From contig NC_043005.1 of assembly GCF_006345805.1 (NCBI RefSeq), positions 108,252,001-108,316,000 of the forward strand: a DNA stretch of 64,000 nucleotides. Direction: 5' to 3'. Shown here piece by piece: positions 63,053 through 64,000 of this stretch. Made by a program: the position numbers and the translations under genes. The stretch's first letter is position 1; the number at the start of each line of letters is the position of its first letter. This DNA is from Octopus sinensis. Taxonomy: Eukaryota. The notes under the pieces were generated by a model. The model was not told the origin of the DNA. It saw only the letters and a list, made by a program, of their open reading frames with translations, and ran no database searches.

Positions 63053-63597
63053 TTATACCCTTTGGCTTTCATTTTCCTCACTGCTCTCATTGTATTCACC
63101 TACAGCTCCATTTTCTCTCACTGCCTGCTCTCTACAGTTTCTTTACCTTCCAAATGCTCTTTCCCATTTCCCCCTCCTCCTCTGTCCCAGCACTATGACT
63201 ACCTAGATCTCTCTTTCCCTGAATGACTCTCTCAGGATTTCTCTTTACCCCTGTCTAGTGTTTCCACTAGCGTTAAGCCCTCCAACAAAACCCAACCAGT
63301 TATCTTTCCACCCTGTGACCAATAACACCTGACACCAAACCTTACTCTTTTTCCTTGTTCCTTTCCATTTTCTTCCTTCAGTCAGTGTCTAATCTACTAC
63401 TCTGTTACCCTCCCCACTGTCATCCCCTTACGACCATAAACCTTTTTCCTCTTATCTTATTTATCTTCCTTCATCACCCTCTATCCTTCATTCTTCTCCA
63501 GTTATTGGGGCCACTTCAAATCCTTAGTCTTGCAAGTTACAGGGAGATCTTCACCAATGCTGGAGCCTCAAAGAAAAAAACAAAAAAAAAACAGTAT

Positions 63598-63850
63598 ACT
63601 CTGTAAAGTGGTTAGTATTAGGAAGGGCATCCAACAGTTAAAAACCTGTAAAAACAGATATTGGAATATGACTTAGTCCTCCAATTTATCAGAGCCTCTT
63701 AAATCATTCAACCCATGTCTGCATGGAAGTCTGCAGTTAAATGAGGATGGTAATGATGATGGTAATGATGATGGTAATGATGATGGTAATGATGATGGTA
63801 ATGATGATGGTAATGATGATGGTAATGAGGATGGTAATGATGATGATGAT
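63598..63850 (+). mobile_element. Family E degenerate copy whose tail expanded as (GATGGTAATGAT)x8 (63746-63841)
   Basis: gtggttagtattaggaagggcatccaac...caacccatgtctgcatggaa, then the 12-bp tandem. Confidence 0.7.
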
Positions 63851-64000
63851 ACACATACATATTTTGTGGTTGTAAAGTTATAAAAGTGAATCAAGCATTA
63901 AGATTTTTACAAATTGCACTTACTAAATAAACTTAAAAACCATAAATCCACTCAAGCAAATTCTAACAAAGAATTATAATATATGTACAAGTTTTGTACC

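Noticed and set aside
62440-63590. 1.1-kb pyrimidine-rich tract with ORFs (also purine-rich 34800-35390)
   Set aside because: Compositional bias explains the ORFs. It is probably decayed repeat sequence associated with family E, but the family cannot be assigned.

Overview
AT-rich animal genomic DNA, most likely an octopus or other coleoid cephalopod. This is inferred from the very dense (AT)n, (AAT)n and (GATA)n microsatellites and the tRNA-derived SINE families. No long protein-coding ORF exists, and nearly every ORF in the supplied track is a microsatellite or SINE artefact. The window holds many copies of about five SINE or LINE-tail families (labelled A-E here), decayed LINE fragments (R4/Dong-type, RTE, CR1-like), a non-autonomous Helitron, TTAA-MITEs, a 5S rRNA pseudogene and a 28S rRNA fragment fused to a SINE tail. 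One CpG-rich promoter-like island at about 29.5-29.9 kb is followed by a candidate first coding exon, and repeats to its right show visible CpG decay, consistent with a long methylated gene body. The most interesting signals are: (1) minimal type-I hammerhead-ribozyme folds, several with a CCGACGA core variant, in Penelope/retrozyme-like remnants, including a fold-back carrying one in each arm; (2) a roughly 540-bp non-coding element repeatedly docked in the (TAA)n tails of R4/Dong fragments; (3) a 28S-SINE chimeric retrocopy; (4) SINE concatemers with a fixed junction and head/tail shuffling; (5) a duplicated 13-nt micro-exon-like cassette flanking the promoter. All family names and exon calls come from eye alignment and remembered consensus features, not database searches.
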